From positions 64,001 through 128,000 of the forward strand of contig CAVVJT010000008.1 of the NCBI GenBank assembly GCA_963748625.1: DNA of 64,000 nucleotides, written 5' to 3'. Made by a program: the position numbers and the translations under genes. Positions 43,881 through 55,178 of the stretch are shown here, piece after piece. Position 1 is the first letter of the stretch, and each line of letters begins with the position of its first letter. The stretch comes from an uncultured Chloroflexia bacterium. GTDB lineage: Bacteria > Chloroflexota > Limnocylindria > Limnocylindrales > CSP1-4. A model generated the notes under the pieces. The model saw only the letters and a program-made list of their open reading frames with translations, made no database searches and was not told the DNA's origin.

Positions 43881-44879
43881 ATGAAGATTGGTATCGACCT
43901 CGGCACCGCGAACGTCATCGTCTATGTCAAAGGCAAGGGCATCGTCATCACGGAGCCCTCCGTCGTCGCGGTCGGCGAGGACAACCGCATCGTCGCCGTG
44001 GGCGAGGAAGCCCGCCAGATGATCGGGCGCACGCCCGGCAACATCCAGGCCATCCGCCCGATGAAGGACGGCGTCATCGCCGACTACGTCATCACGGAGG
44101 CCATGCTCCGCTTCTTCATCGGGAAGGCGACGAAGGGCCGCATCGGCTTCAGCCGGCCGGAGGTCATGATCTCCGTCCCGGCAGGCGTCACCTCGGTGGA
44201 GAAGCGTGCCGTGCGCGACGCGGCCCTCAAGGCGGGCGCCAAGGAGGCGTATCTCATCGAGGAGCCGCTGGCGGCAGCGATCGGCGCCAACGTGCCCATC
44301 TCCGGGCCGTCGGGGAACATGATCATCGACATCGGGGGCGGCACCTCCGAGATCGCGGTCATCGCGCTGGGCGGCATCGTGGTCGCCAACAGCCTGCGCG
44401 TGGGCGGCAACAAGTTCGACGAGGCCATCGCCTCCTACATCCGCAAGAAGTACAACCTCATGGTGGGCGAGCGGACGGCGGAGGACGTGAAGATCCAGAT
44501 CGGCACGGCATTGCCCCTGGAGCGCGAGCTGACCATGGAGGTCCGTGGCCGTGACCTCATCGCGGGCCTGCCGCGCACCATCCCGATCACCTCGTCCGAG
44601 GTGATGGAGGCGATCGAAGTCCCGCTCCAGCAGCTGGTGGCCGCGGTCCGCTCCGTGCTGGAGCAGACCCCGCCGGAGCTGTCCTCGGACATCATCGACA
44701 AGGGCATGGTCATGTCGGGCGGCGGCTCGCTGCTGCGCAACATCGACAAGCTCCTCACGCAGGTGACGGGCGTCCCGTGTCACGTCGCCGAGAACTCGCT
44801 CAACTGCGTCGCCCTGGGAACCGGCCTCGCGCTGGAGCACTTCGACTTCTTCAAGAAGTCGCTCGTCCAGCAGATCTGA
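43881..44879 (+). CDS. mreB: Rod shape-determining protein (MreB/Mbl)
   Basis: [33 protein letters not shown]. Confidence 0.96.
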   Translation: MKIGIDLGTANVIVYVKGKGIVITEPSVVAVGEDNRIVAVGEEARQMIGRTPGNIQAIRPMKDGVIADYVITEAMLRFFIGKATKGRIGFSRPEVMISVPAGVTSVEKRAVRDAALKAGAKEAYLIEEPLAAAIGANVPISGPSGNMIIDIGGGTSEIAVIALGGIVVANSLRVGGNKFDEAIASYIRKKYNLMVGERTAEDVKIQIGTALPLERELTMEVRGRDLIAGLPRTIPITSSEVMEAIEVPLQQLVAAVRSVLEQTPPELSSDIIDKGMVMSGGGSLLRNIDKLLTQVTGVPCHVAENSLNCVALGTGLALEHFDFFKKSLVQQI

Positions 44880-44885
44880 GGCCGC

Positions 44886-45585
44886 GTGCGCGCCTTCGTC
44901 GACCTGCACTGCCACACGTCGGCATCGTTCGACTGCCTGGCGTCGCCGTCGTCGGTGGTGAAGGCGGCGGCCACACGTGGCCTCACGCACCTCGCGATCA
45001 CCGACCACGACACGATCGACGGCGCACTGCGCGCCCGTGACGCGGCGCCCGACGGGCTGACGGTGATCGTGGGCGAGGAGGTCAGGACGGCCGACGGGGA
45101 CCTCATCGCGCTGTTCCTGGAGCGGGCCGTGGCGCCGCACCGGCCGGCCGCGGAGACCATCGCGGAGGTCCGGGCCCAAGGGCGGTCTGGTGGGGATCCC
45201 GCACCCCTTCGACAAGCGCCGCGGCTCCATGCTCGTGGACCCGCGCCTCGAGGCACTCGGCGGCCTGGTCGACTGGGTCGAGGCGCACAACGCGCGCGTG
45301 ATCGGGAGGTCCGGCAACGAGCAGGCCGCGGCGTTCGCGGCGGAGCTGGGACTTCCGGGCGTCGCGGCGTCCGACGCCCATTCGGCGCTCGAGGTGGGCG
45401 TGGCCTACAACATCGTCGACGGCGACCCGTCCACGCCGGCCGGGCTGCTGGCGGCGCTGGGCTCCGTCGAACTGGTGCCGGGCCGGGCGACCTACTTCGT
45501 GCGGCTGATCACGCCGGTGTCGAAGGCGGTCAACGCCGCGCGCGGGAACCGGCGGGTGTCCAAGCCCGCGGAGGGGGCCTCGTGA
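44886..45585 (+). CDS. PHP domain phosphoesterase (frameshift near 45186)
   Basis: DLHCHT, AITDHD, GEEV in ORF 44886; GIPHPFD, EAHNAR, ASDAH in ORF 45190..45585. Confidence 0.88.
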
Positions 45586-45626
45586 CGGGGCCGGACGGCG
45601 CGGGCGCGCCGGACGCGCGCGCCGGA

Positions 45627-45710
45627 CTGACGCCGCGGGCGCCGGACCTGACGCCGCGGGCGCCGGACCTGACGCCGCGGGCGCCGGACCTGACGCCGCG
45701 GGCGCCGGAC
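45627..45710 (+). repeat. 21-bp tandem repeat, four copies
   Basis: CTGACGCCGCGGGCGCCGGAC x4. Confidence 0.95.
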
Positions 45711-45772
45711 CGGACGGGCAGGACCATCGGCCGGTGGCGCCTGGCACCGGGGAGCCTGTAGCGTCCGAGTCC

Positions 45773-46870
45773 ATGAGCACCGTGGTGGAACCCGACGACA
45801 ACGTCGACGCGATGGAACGCGTCTCGCTCTCGGCGAGGCTGCGCCAGACGAAGACCATCGTCTCGATCCTGGTCCCGCTGGCGATCATCGCCTTCTTCGT
45901 GGCGATGAACTGGACGACGCTGTCAACCGTGCCGGGCCTGATCGCGGGTGCGAACCCGCTGCTCGTGCTGGTCGCCTTCGTCGTCTTCTACCTCGGGTTC
46001 CCGCTCCGCGGTTTCCGCTGGGCGCAGCTGCTCAGGGCGACCGGGTTCCGCATCCAGGTCCGTGACTCCACCGAGATCCTGTACCTCTCGTGGCTGGTCA
46101 ACTGCCTGGTGCCGGCGAAGCTGGGCGACGTCTACCGGGCCTACCTGCTGCGGATCAACAGCGACGCGTCCCTCTCTCGGACCTTCGGGACCGTGTTCAT
46201 CGAGCGCGTCCTGGACATCTTCACGATCGCGATCATGGGCATTGCCGCCGGGTACTGGAGCTTCCGCACGGGGCTGCCGCCGGAGGTCCAGGTCCTGTTC
46301 GGGGTGGCCGTGGTCGTTGTCGTCGTGCTGGCGATCGCCTTGTTCACCCTGCGCAACTTCGGCCGGTCGATCCTGGTCCGCCTCCACCTCCCGCAGCGCA
46401 TTCTCGAGTTCTATGACCGCTTCGAGCAGGGTGTCTTCGGCGCGCTTGACCGACGCCAGCTGCCGGTGCTCGGGCTGGTGAGCGTCGCCATCTGGATGAC
46501 CGAGGCGCTGCGGCTGTTCTTCGTCGTCAAGGCGCTGGGCTTCCCGGACGTGGAGCTCGGGCTCTCAGGGGCCGTCTTCGTGGCCCTGATCGGCTCGCTG
46601 CTGACGGCGGTGCCCCTGTCGCCGGCCGGCCTGGGCATCGTCGAGGCCGGGGTTGTCGGGGTTCTGACGCTGGTCTACAACGTGCCGCTGCCCGAGGCCA
46701 CCGCGATCGCGCTGCTGGATCGCGTGATCAGCGTGTTCTCGGTGATCGTCTTCGGCTCCATCCTCTACCTGGTCTCGGGCAAGCCACACGGCCGCGGGAT
46801 CCGGGGCTGGGTGCCGGGCGCCGCAGTCCCGAGTGCGGGCGCGAGTGCGAGCGCGCCCGGCAAGACCTGA
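45773..46870 (+). CDS. Lysylphosphatidylglycerol synthase TM domain (flippase-like) protein
   Basis: RGFRW, N.LVPAKLGDVYR, ERVLD, PAGLGIVEAG, LDRVIS. The true start may be GTG 45582 with a frameshift. Confidence 0.88.
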   Translation: MSTVVEPDDNVDAMERVSLSARLRQTKTIVSILVPLAIIAFFVAMNWTTLSTVPGLIAGANPLLVLVAFVVFYLGFPLRGFRWAQLLRATGFRIQVRDSTEILYLSWLVNCLVPAKLGDVYRAYLLRINSDASLSRTFGTVFIERVLDIFTIAIMGIAAGYWSFRTGLPPEVQVLFGVAVVVVVVLAIALFTLRNFGRSILVRLHLPQRILEFYDRFEQGVFGALDRRQLPVLGLVSVAIWMTEALRLFFVVKALGFPDVELGLSGAVFVALIGSLLTAVPLSPAGLGIVEAGVVGVLTLVYNVPLPEATAIALLDRVISVFSVIVFGSILYLVSGKPHGRGIRGWVPGAAVPSAGASASAPGKT

Positions 46871-46879
46871 GCGCTGTCC

Positions 46880-48013
46880 TCAGAACAGCCGCCGCAGGCC
46901 GGGCAGGCGGCGCAGGACGAGGGCGCTGATCGCCAGTGAGGCCAGCACCGTCACGACCACCAGGATCGCCACCTTCGCGAGCGACGGCAACGGCACGTCG
47001 ACCATGAGCCAGGCCAGCGGGTACAGCACCAGCGGGTGCACGTAATAGATCCCGAACGAGTTGGCGGACAGCGTGCGCCACGCCCGGCCCGGCCAGTTCC
47101 CCCAGCGAGCGAAGGCGCCGGTGGCGGCCACCACGGCCGACAGGCAGTAGGCCGCGAAGAGGATGGCCGTGACCGCCCGCGAGCCAATGTCGTCGCCTGG
47201 ACCTGCCAGCCGGAGGGCGAGGTAGGCGATCCCGGTCAGGAACGCGAGGGCGATCCAGGTCGCCGGATCGGGCCGCCAGCCGTCTGCGCGCAGCCACCCG
47301 CGGCGCTCGGCGTGGATGCCGAGTACGAAGTAGACGAGGTACATGCCGATGCGCGCGGGCTGGATCACGAACACCCATCCCAGCGGAAGCCACGTGTCGA
47401 TGCCTGCCAGCGGGGTCACCAGGACTGCCCACGCCGCCGTGAGCAGCGCAATGGAGGGGAACACCCAGCGAGCCGGGGGAGCGGGCTCCGGCGCCCAGCC
47501 CGCCAGTCGAGGGCTCAGTGCCCACGCGGCCGCGAGCAGCAGGAACAGGACCAGGAGCACCCCGAGGAACCAGTAGACGGACTGCTGGTAGGCCGGCCCC
47601 CAGAACTCGTCCGTCCAGAACGCGAGGTAGCCGATGGGGACGTCGCGCGAGAGATACCCGACGTACGTGACGAGTGGCGCGAGCACCATCACCCCGATCA
47701 CCCACGGGATGCCGATCCTCGTGACCTTCTCTCGAATGAAGCTGCCCGTACCGCGTCGGTGGAGCGATGGCAGGGCGAAGTATCCCGCGACCAGGAACAT
47801 CGTGGGCATGATGGCCACGTCGAGGGCCAGCACCAGCGTGGTCCAGCCAAGGCTCTGGTCCGGGTCGACCGCATACCACCACGCTGGGCCGTAGGCCATG
47901 TACGTGATCGAGGCGTGCAGGACGACCACCAGGACGATCGCGAAGGCGCGGAGATTGTCCAGGAAGAAGAGGCGGGACTGAGCGGCGTCGGGTGAGCCGG
48001 GCTGGGAGGTCAC
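46880..48013 (-). CDS. Acyltransferase 3 family membrane protein (OpgC/MdoC-like)
   Basis: FLDNLRA..LVVVLH, MPTMFLVAGYF, YWFL, SFGIYYVH. Confidence 0.88.
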   Translation of the reverse strand: MTSQPGSPDAAQSRLFFLDNLRAFAIVLVVVLHASITYMAYGPAWWYAVDPDQSLGWTTLVLALDVAIMPTMFLVAGYFALPSLHRRGTGSFIREKVTRIGIPWVIGVMVLAPLVTYVGYLSRDVPIGYLAFWTDEFWGPAYQQSVYWFLGVLLVLFLLLAAAWALSPRLAGWAPEPAPPARWVFPSIALLTAAWAVLVTPLAGIDTWLPLGWVFVIQPARIGMYLVYFVLGIHAERRGWLRADGWRPDPATWIALAFLTGIAYLALRLAGPGDDIGSRAVTAILFAAYCLSAVVAATGAFARWGNWPGRAWRTLSANSFGIYYVHPLVLYPLAWLMVDVPLPSLAKVAILVVVTVLASLAISALVLRRLPGLRRLF

Positions 48014-48339
48014 AGGCACAGGGTGCCCTCGGCGATCGGACTCCAGACAGGGCCGCGTGGATGCGCGTGGCGGGTTGAGTGGATGTCGTCGTCGGGCCGG
48101 GTGGCCCGAGGATCGCAGTCCGCCGGACGCGCCGGCCTCCCCGCCGGTGGGGGGTCCGGCCCCCGGGTACACCACTCGGGTCATGACAGACCGCACGTGA
48201 CCACACCGGACAGCCCACCTCGTGTCGGCATAGGTGCACCGCCCCCCGGTACCTATAGGTGATCGCGCGCACCGCCCCCGAACTCGATGCTTCACCTGTC
48301 CCGCGCATCAGGCTCGCGGTTGACTAGCCAAGGCAGAGC

Positions 48340-48888
48340 ATGACCACTGAGAACGCCCGGGCATTCAATGAGTGGCTCCGGGCCCAGCTCAAGGCCAAGA
48401 AGATGTCGCAGCGTCAGCTGGCGCAGGCGTCGGGTGTCGATCACTCGACGATCTCGCGGCTGATCCGTGGTGACCGCATGCCGAGCCTGGGCACGGCAAC
48501 GAAACTGGCTCGCGGGCTCCGCGAGATCCGTGAGGACAGCGACGCGCCCGCGGCACTGGGTGTCGTGACGTCCGGGCCGCAGAACCCAACGGCCCGTGTC
48601 GAGTACGCGCTCCGCGCCGACGAGACCCTCACGGAGCCGCAAGTCCGCCAGATCATGGAGTACTACCTCGCGGTCCGGGTCCGCCGGTTCGCACGGACGT
48701 ACGCACCGATGGGCGCCGCCGAACCAGGCGTCGCTGGGACCACACATGCCGGCGGTGTCTACGGACGCCAGGCCGGAATGATCGGGAGTAGCGTCGGCAC
48801 GCCAACGGCGGTCCGAGCTGCATCTCCTGCGCGCTATGCCGCGCCGCGGCCCGCGGTTCGGCCCTCGAGGGCGCCTGGGCGCCCTTGA
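48340..48888 (+). CDS. XRE/HTH_3 family transcriptional regulator
   Basis: MSQRQLAQASGVDHSTISRLIRGDRMPS. Confidence 0.9.
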   Translation: MTTENARAFNEWLRAQLKAKKMSQRQLAQASGVDHSTISRLIRGDRMPSLGTATKLARGLREIREDSDAPAALGVVTSGPQNPTARVEYALRADETLTEPQVRQIMEYYLAVRVRRFARTYAPMGAAEPGVAGTTHAGGVYGRQAGMIGSSVGTPTAVRAASPARYAAPRPAVRPSRAPGRP

Positions 48889-49414
48889 CCGGAGACACTC
48901 CAGGGCACTGACCCGGTCGGGCACTCCACGTCCGGGTCTCGGGGACAGCGGACGCCGGCTCCATCCAGGGCCGGCGTTCGCGATTCCTGCCCGGCGCAGG
49001 GTGGCGGGCTCGGAAACGCACGATCGGCTCGCGACCGCACGATCGGCTCGCGCTGGTGTCGCCCGCGGTCGGCACCGGCGAGTGTGCTTGGCCCGGCGGT
49101 TCGGCAGGCCGGCGGTTCCGTCCGGTGTGCCGAGCGTGACCTCCGAGGCGGTCGTGACCTCCGAGGCGGTCGCGACCCCCACCGTGGGGGCGTTTCGCCC
49201 GGCCCCGTGCAGAGCTCGCTGCCGGATTCAGCAATCTGGGGGTCAAGCTCAGAGGGCAAGGCGGGGAAGCGCCCCATATCTGGGGCCCCGCGACGGGGTC
49301 GCGCGATCGGAACAGGCGAGCGGACCCCGCGATGGGGCCGCGCGATGGGGCCGCGCGAGGTGGTCGCGCGATCGGCACGAGCGAGGGTGGCTCGGCAGAT
49401 GGGATCTCGCGGCC

Positions 49415-51089
49415 TCAGGGCTCGGCGATCGCCGGCACCTCGTTCTCGTAGATCGAGATCCAGCGGCGCGGGCCAGCCTGGAACCGGTCGACCGGCCGCA
49501 GCGACGTGATCCCCTGGGCCGCCTGCCATGCCCGTTCCGCATCGCCGCCGCAGGCCGCGCCGACCACCAGGTCGAACAGCGGATCGCACTCGATGACGAC
49601 AACCAGCGCCTCAGCCGGGTCGGGAGCGACGGTGATGCCGCGCCGGACCAGCGGAAACTCGATGCCTTCGGCGGTCTTGAACGGCGGGATCTCCACCAGG
49701 GCGGGCGAGCGTCCCGCCAGCGATGCCTCGATGCGGGCCGCCGCCGCGTCTGCCACGGGGAAGCCACCGTCGTAGGCGGGCGAGGGGGGCCAGCCGGCAA
49801 CCGATGCAGCCATCAGCAGCCCGAGCACCAGCCCCGCGGCAACGCGGCGTACGACTGCGGGCGACCGCGGCCCGGTGATGCCGTCCGCCTGCACGGCCGG
49901 TGCGCGCGCGGCTCCCCACAGGCGGGCCACCCCCGCCGCGGCCACGGCGAGCACCAGCGGATCGAGGAAGGCGTGATAGTGATCGTTGGGGAGCTGCGGG
50001 GTCACCGTGGCCATAGCCGGCACGGCCAGTGCGAGCGCCACGACCGACCACGCAAACGTCGCGACCTGCCAGCGGGCCGCCCAGGCACGCGGAGCACGCA
50101 TCGCGAGGACGGCGAGCGCCACCACGAGCGCCGCCACCGCGACTGAGACCAGTGGCGTGTCGGTGAACAGTCCGTTCAGCGGCCACGTCAGGCTGCGCAG
50201 GCCCACCACGAGCACGCGTGCCGGGAAGGCGATCCTGTCGCCGGCCCCTGGTTCGCCGGCTCCGCTCAGTCCGCCGGCAACATAGTCGAGCAGGGCCCGG
50301 GTTTCGACGAAGTCCGCACCGATGTCGTGGACCAGCAGTGGCAGGAACCCCGCCGCCACGATCAGCGCTCCGCCCAGGCCGCCGAGCAGGTATGGCCGCA
50401 GGGTCTGGCCGTGACGCCTGGCCAGCACGGTGTCCACCAGCCAGGCACCCGCAACCGGGACGATGAGCACCGCCGCCAGTGTGTGGAGCTGCATGACGGC
50501 TGCGGACCCTGTGGCGGCCAGCAGCCACCACCGGGCACGGCCGGACCGGTGGGCCTTGATGATGCCGACGGCGGCGAGTGCGGAAAACAGGGGGATCGGG
50601 TTCGGGTTCCAGATGAACGTGGAACTCTCGATCCCCGACGAGGAGACGGCGGCGAGAAGCCCCGCCGCCACGGCTGCCACCGGGCCACCTGTGAGCCGGC
50701 CGAGCCACCATGTGGCGGCCACGGTCCCGAGGCCGAGTGCGGTGAGCCAGAGCGCCACCACGAGCGGGTCCGAGCCGGATACCAGGGCGGCGGGCGCCAT
50801 CAGCCAGTAGAAGAGGGGGCCGTGGTGGAAGGTCCCGGTGGAGGCCATCGGGCCCAAGGAGCGGGACAACGCCCTGGGCCACGAAGTCATGGATGGCCAG
50901 CATCTGGTCGCCCTGGTCCGCGTTCCAGCGACCGCGGTCGGCGATCCCCGCAAGGCGCGTGACCGCGGCCAGGACCAGCATCGCCACGAGGGCGAGCCAC
51001 TCACGGGCGCTCGGCCGATCTGGGGTGGCGTTGTCGGTCATGTCTCGTCCGCGACCGGCGTCATCGTCGCGGGAGCTGCCGCCGTTCAT
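49415..51089 (-). CDS. Glycosyltransferase family 39/ArnT-like membrane protein (frameshift near 50852)
   Basis: First TM..R, WNADQG, PLLGP|ASTGTFHHGPLFYWL, WNPNPIP, MQLH; start at 51089 or 51041. Confidence 0.8.
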
Positions 51090-52157
51090 GCGCGCTCCGC
51101 GATCGGCACGGGCGCGTGGGCCCCGGCCTCGGCGCGCGTGGGCCCCGGCCCGCGCGTGGGCCCCGGCGCGTGGGCCTCGGCCTCGGCGCGTGGGCCTCGG
51201 CGCCGCCTCCTCCGCCGGCGCGCTCCGTCCTTTTGCGCTGCGCGTCGCGAAGGCGGCAGCCGGCAGCGCGTCGAGCGAACGTCCCTCAACAAGGGACGCC
51301 ACCCGCGCCATGTTGACCGCGTCCCAGCCCTCCTCCATCCCCGGTGTCTCGAGGTAGTAGGCGACATGCCCGAGCCTTGGGTGGGTGACCATCCTGGCCA
51401 GCCCCGCCCCGCCGATCCGGCCGGCCCCGATGTGCTCGTGGCGGTCCGTGCGCGACCCGAGCGCAGAGCGCGAGTCATTGAGGTGGACCATCCGGAGGCG
51501 CTCAAGACCCAGCTCGCCGTCGATGCGGGCGACCACGTCGTCCACGCCCGCGAGCGTGTCGATCGCGTAGCCGGCGCCCCACGCGTGTGCCGTGTCGAGG
51601 CAGAAGGCGAACCGGTTCCGAGGCACGCCCGCGGCTACGGCCGCGGCGTCGATCGCGGCGAGCTCCTCCACCGTCGAGCCCATGCCGAAACCACCGCCTG
51701 GTCCGTTCTCGAGTACCAGGACCACGTCGGGGGCGTCATCTGCAGCCGTGCCCAGCACCGCTGCCATGGCTGCTGCCAGACGTTCGACTCCGGCGTCGAC
51801 CCCGGCGCCACGGTGCGAGCCGATGTGGACGTTGACGAATGCCGCCCCGTACGCCTGCGCGACGCGGAGCTCGTTGGCCAGCACCTCCACCGAGCGCTCG
51901 ACGAGCTCGTCGCTCGAGCCGGCCAGGTTGACAAGGTACGGCGCGTGGACCGCGAGGGGGACGATGTCGTGCGTGTCGAGGCGGTCCCGGAATGCCGGCA
52001 GCTCCCGCGGAAGTGTGGGCCTGCGACGCCACGACGTGGGATTGTCGGAGAACACCTGCAACGCGGACGCGCCGATCTCGACGGCACGGTCGGCTGCCCT
52101 GACCATGCCGCCACCCAGCGGGAGGTGGGCGCCGAGGCGCCGTCCGTTCGGGAGCAT
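51086..52157 (-). CDS. nfo: Endonuclease IV (probable frameshift in repetitive tail near 51205)
   Basis: LGAH, VHAPYLVNL, HIGS, LEN, CLDTAH, HLNDS, DRHEHIG, LETP. Confidence 0.93.
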
Positions 52158-52279
52158 CGGCGCAAGCGTAGCCCAGCACGGGGCCTGCACGGGCCGACCA
52201 CGGGCCGCGTCTCGGGTCGACCACGGGCCGACCACGGGCCGACCACGGGGGTCGGTCTCCCGGCCTAGACTCACGGGCG

Positions 52280-52927
52280 ATGGACGCCGACCTGCTGTTC
52301 GCCCTGCGCGCGCTCGTGGACCAGCACCGATTGCGGATCGTGGCCCGCGCCGCCGCCCGGCCCGTGGACGTCGAGACGCTGTCGGCAGAGCTGCGCCAGC
52401 CGGTGCCTTCGGTCCGCCGCCACATCCAGACGCTGGTCGCGGCAGGCCTCCTCGAGCGGCGCGGCGGGGCCGGCACGCCCGAGACGTACGCCGCGAGGCT
52501 GGACCGCGTTGGCGAGCTCGGGCGCACGCTTGCGGCCATCGAGCGCGATGCCGACCTGGCGTCGGCAGATCAGGCCGGCACCTGGCCGCACGACGGCGAG
52601 CCCATCGAGGCCACCATCGCTCGACTTGGCGCGACACCCGAGGAGCGCAGGATCCTCCATGCGTTCCTCGTGGACGGGCGCCTGGTCTCGATCCCCGCCC
52701 AGCACTCGCGTCGGGACGTGATCCTGCGGTTCCTCCTCGAGCGCGTGTTCACCGAGGATCGGCGATACCCGGAGAAGGAAGTCAACCAGCGATTGGCCCA
52801 CTTCCATCCCGACGTCGCGTCCCTGCGGCGCTACCTCGTGGACGAGCGCTACGTGGACCGCGAGGCGGGCGCGTACTGGCGCCGGTCGACCGAGCGGCCG
52901 GCACCGGATCCCGCACGTGAGGCCTAG
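52280..52927 (+). CDS. ArsR-like HTH plus DUF2087 domain protein
   Basis: N-terminal winged HTH; YPEKEVN..L...HPDVASLRRYLVD..R....YWR. Confidence 0.88.
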   Translation: MDADLLFALRALVDQHRLRIVARAAARPVDVETLSAELRQPVPSVRRHIQTLVAAGLLERRGGAGTPETYAARLDRVGELGRTLAAIERDADLASADQAGTWPHDGEPIEATIARLGATPEERRILHAFLVDGRLVSIPAQHSRRDVILRFLLERVFTEDRRYPEKEVNQRLAHFHPDVASLRRYLVDERYVDREAGAYWRRSTERPAPDPAREA

Positions 52928-53511
52928 TGGGCCTTGGTCCCCTTCTTCGTGGTGTAGTCGCCGCCGACGACCGGCTCGATCAACCCGAAGTTGCCATCCT
53001 TGCGCTTGTAGAGGACTGCGACCCGCTCGGTCTCCGCGTTCACGAACACGTAGAAGTCGTGCCCCAGCTCCTCCATGGCCTCGACCGCGTCCTCCTCGAA
53101 CATCGGCTCGATGGCGAAGCGCTTTGTCTTGACGATCTGCCGCTCCGACGGCCCATCCGCCGTTCCGTCCGCGATGTCACGGAGGATCTTCTTCTCCTCC
53201 TCGGGGCGGGAACGGACGCGGGGCTTCTCCTTGAAGTCGATGGCCTGCCGCTCGACCTTGTCCACCACGACGTCGATGGCGGCCTGGTAGGACGCGCCCG
53301 TGGCGTGGCTCTTGAGGGTCTTGCCGTCGATGACGAGCGTGACGTCCGCGATGTGGGCGTCGGCGGCACTCCGATGCGACTCGTTGGAGAGCTCGAGGAT
53401 GGCGTCCGTACGGTCATCGAGGAGCCGCTCGAGGCGGGCGAACTTGCGCTCCGCGTACTGCCGGACCCGGTCCGGGACCTCGAGGTTCTTGCCCCTGACG
53501 ATCGTCCTCAC
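52924..53511 (-). CDS. hpf: Ribosome hibernation factor (long HPF / RaiA family)
   Basis: IVRGKNLEV, AAIDVVVDKVERQ, MEELGHDFYVF, LYKRKDGNFGLIE; TATACT promoter at 53590-53595. Confidence 0.95.
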   Translation of the reverse strand: MRTIVRGKNLEVPDRVRQYAERKFARLERLLDDRTDAILELSNESHRSAADAHIADVTLVIDGKTLKSHATGASYQAAIDVVVDKVERQAIDFKEKPRVRSRPEEEKKILRDIADGTADGPSERQIVKTKRFAIEPMFEEDAVEAMEELGHDFYVFVNAETERVAVLYKRKDGNFGLIEPVVGGDYTTKKGTKAH

Positions 53512-53650
53512 GGGTGACCTCCCGGCGCTGCGAGCGCCTGGCTTCTGGGGCGAGGGAGCCGCTTGGGACCGGGCTCCTCTCGGACTCCGAGTATAGCCAT
53601 CGGGCGCCGGCGAACCGTAGGGCCGCTCGTCCCCGAGGAAGCGCCGTCCG

Positions 53651-53748
53651 GCTCACCGTTCGCGCGCCACGGTGACGGCGCTCGCGACCGTTCACGCGCC
53701 ACGGTGACGGCGCTCACCGTTCACGCGCCACGGTGACGGCGCTCACCG
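53651..53748. repeat. Triplicated 29-bp unit equal to the 3' end of comF
   Basis: GCTCACCGTTCACGCGCCACGGTGACGGC x3, no spacers. Confidence 0.9.
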
Positions 53749-54388
53749 CCCTGGCGCCCGCGCCCAGCAGTGCATGCGCTGCCTCGCACAGCGTCGCGCC
53801 GGTCGTGATGACATCGTCCACCAGCACCACCCAGCGACCCGCGACGGTGCCGGCGACCCGCGGGTCCACCGCGAACGCATCCGCCATGTTCGCTGCCCGA
53901 TGGCGACGGTCGAGGCGGAACTGGGGCGCAGTCGCACGGGCGCGGATGATGGCCTCGATGCACGGCAGGTCGAGCGGTCCGGCGGCCGCCCGGGCGATCA
54001 GCACCGCCTGGTCGTACCCGCGCTCCCGCCGCCGCGCAGCGTGCACCGGCACCGGGACGAGGAGATCGCCGCCCGCGCCCGCCTGCCGCCACCGGTCTGC
54101 GACCGCCTCCCCGAGCGGAACGGCCAGCCGGCGCTCGCCCGCGTACTTGAGCGCGTGGAGCGCGTGACGCGTGGTCCCGGCGAACGGCGAGCACCACTCC
54201 AGTTGGAGCAGGGGGTGGGGAGGTCCGTCACCCAGGCCGAGCGGGGTTCCAGGCGGCAACCCCATCCTGCCGCGGATCGCCGGACGACACGTGGCGCAGA
54301 GTGGCGCCCCCTCCACGCCGCAGCCGGCACACACGGCCGGCAGCGCCAGGTCAAGGAGACGGCTTACCGGCCGGAGGAGGGTCGTCAT
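53714..54388 (-). CDS. comF: ComF family phosphoribosyltransferase-domain competence protein
   Basis: CxxC..CxxC zinc finger, LKY, VPVPVH..R.RERGYDQA, LVDDVITTGAT. Confidence 0.92.
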   Translation of the reverse strand: MTTLLRPVSRLLDLALPAVCAGCGVEGAPLCATCRPAIRGRMGLPPGTPLGLGDGPPHPLLQLEWCSPFAGTTRHALHALKYAGERRLAVPLGEAVADRWRQAGAGGDLLVPVPVHAARRRERGYDQAVLIARAAAGPLDLPCIEAIIRARATAPQFRLDRRHRAANMADAFAVDPRVAGTVAGRWVVLVDDVITTGATLCEAAHALLGAGARAVSAVTVARER

Positions 54389-54720
54389 GGGCCCAGCCTC
54401 GCAGGTGTCGCTTACGAGCGGCTCACGCGACTGTGCACAATCGGCCCGGACCGCCACTCCCGGTCCCTGCTGTTCCCGGCCCCGCCACTCCCGAGGGCCC
54501 CCACTCCCGAGGGCCCCGACGCGGACGCGGGTGGACCTCCCGGGGCCTGACCCTGACTCCGGTGGGGGTCAGGGACCGGCCGTCCGTGCATGGGACGTGC
54601 AGCAAAGTCGACCTGGCTGCACGCCTGCCGCACGGCGCATCTCCCGGTGACCCCGAGCGGAGTCGGCGAGCGGGACGAGCGCGGCGATCGCCGCGCAGGG
54701 CTCGCCTGACCCGCCGGAGC

Positions 54721-55165
54721 CTACACGCGCTCCAGGACCTGGACCCGGTCCCCGACCGCCGTCATCGTGGCGTCGATTGTGCCCACCGGAAGCTCAAGCA
54801 CCCCGTCTGCGCCGCGCACGAGCGGCACGATCCCCACCCAGGTTCGCAGGCCCCTGTGGACGGAGAGCACGCGCCGCACCCCAGGTCCGTCGGCCCACCC
54901 GCAGCCCCGGCCCCGGGCCCACCCGCGCCCCGGCTTCGCAGCGTGACACGAACACCGCGTCGATCGGGAAGCGCATGAACATCATGTGGATCCCGTTGCT
55001 CGCCGGCAGCCAGAGGCCGTCCCCGGGCGGCAGCGAGCGACGGCCCATGAGGCCCATGAACTTGCCCCAGAGCGACGCCGCGGTCTCCAGCCGCTCGGCG
55101 AGGACCGTGTCGCGGTCGAGGTTGCGGGCGGTCCCCCGAGCGCCGCGCCCACCCGTGGAGGTCAC
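54721..55165 (-). CDS. DUF192 domain protein (frameshift near 54900)
   Basis: MGLMGR.SL..GDGL, IHMMFMRFPIDAVF; shifted frame gives GVLELPVG...GDRV, stop at 54721. Confidence 0.85.
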
Positions 55166-55178
55166 CCGCGCCTACGGC

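Noticed and set aside
42150-45317. Long antisense ORFs (also 579..3383 upstream part, 9531..12080, 56143..58599)
   Set aside because: Shadow frames of high-GC genes with no recognisable motifs.
48889-49414. ncRNA or small gene in the 500-bp gap
   Set aside because: Only short tandem repeats and GC hairpins; no tRNA or known RNA motif, and no ORF with a credible start.
49611-52637. 1008-aa ORF as an Nfo-glycosyltransferase fusion
   Set aside because: Explained by frameshifts; a TGA/ATG overlap at 51086-51089 marks the likely gene boundary.
53651-53748. 29-bp repeats as a CRISPR array
   Set aside because: Units are contiguous without spacers, duplicate the comF 3' end, and no cas genes are present.
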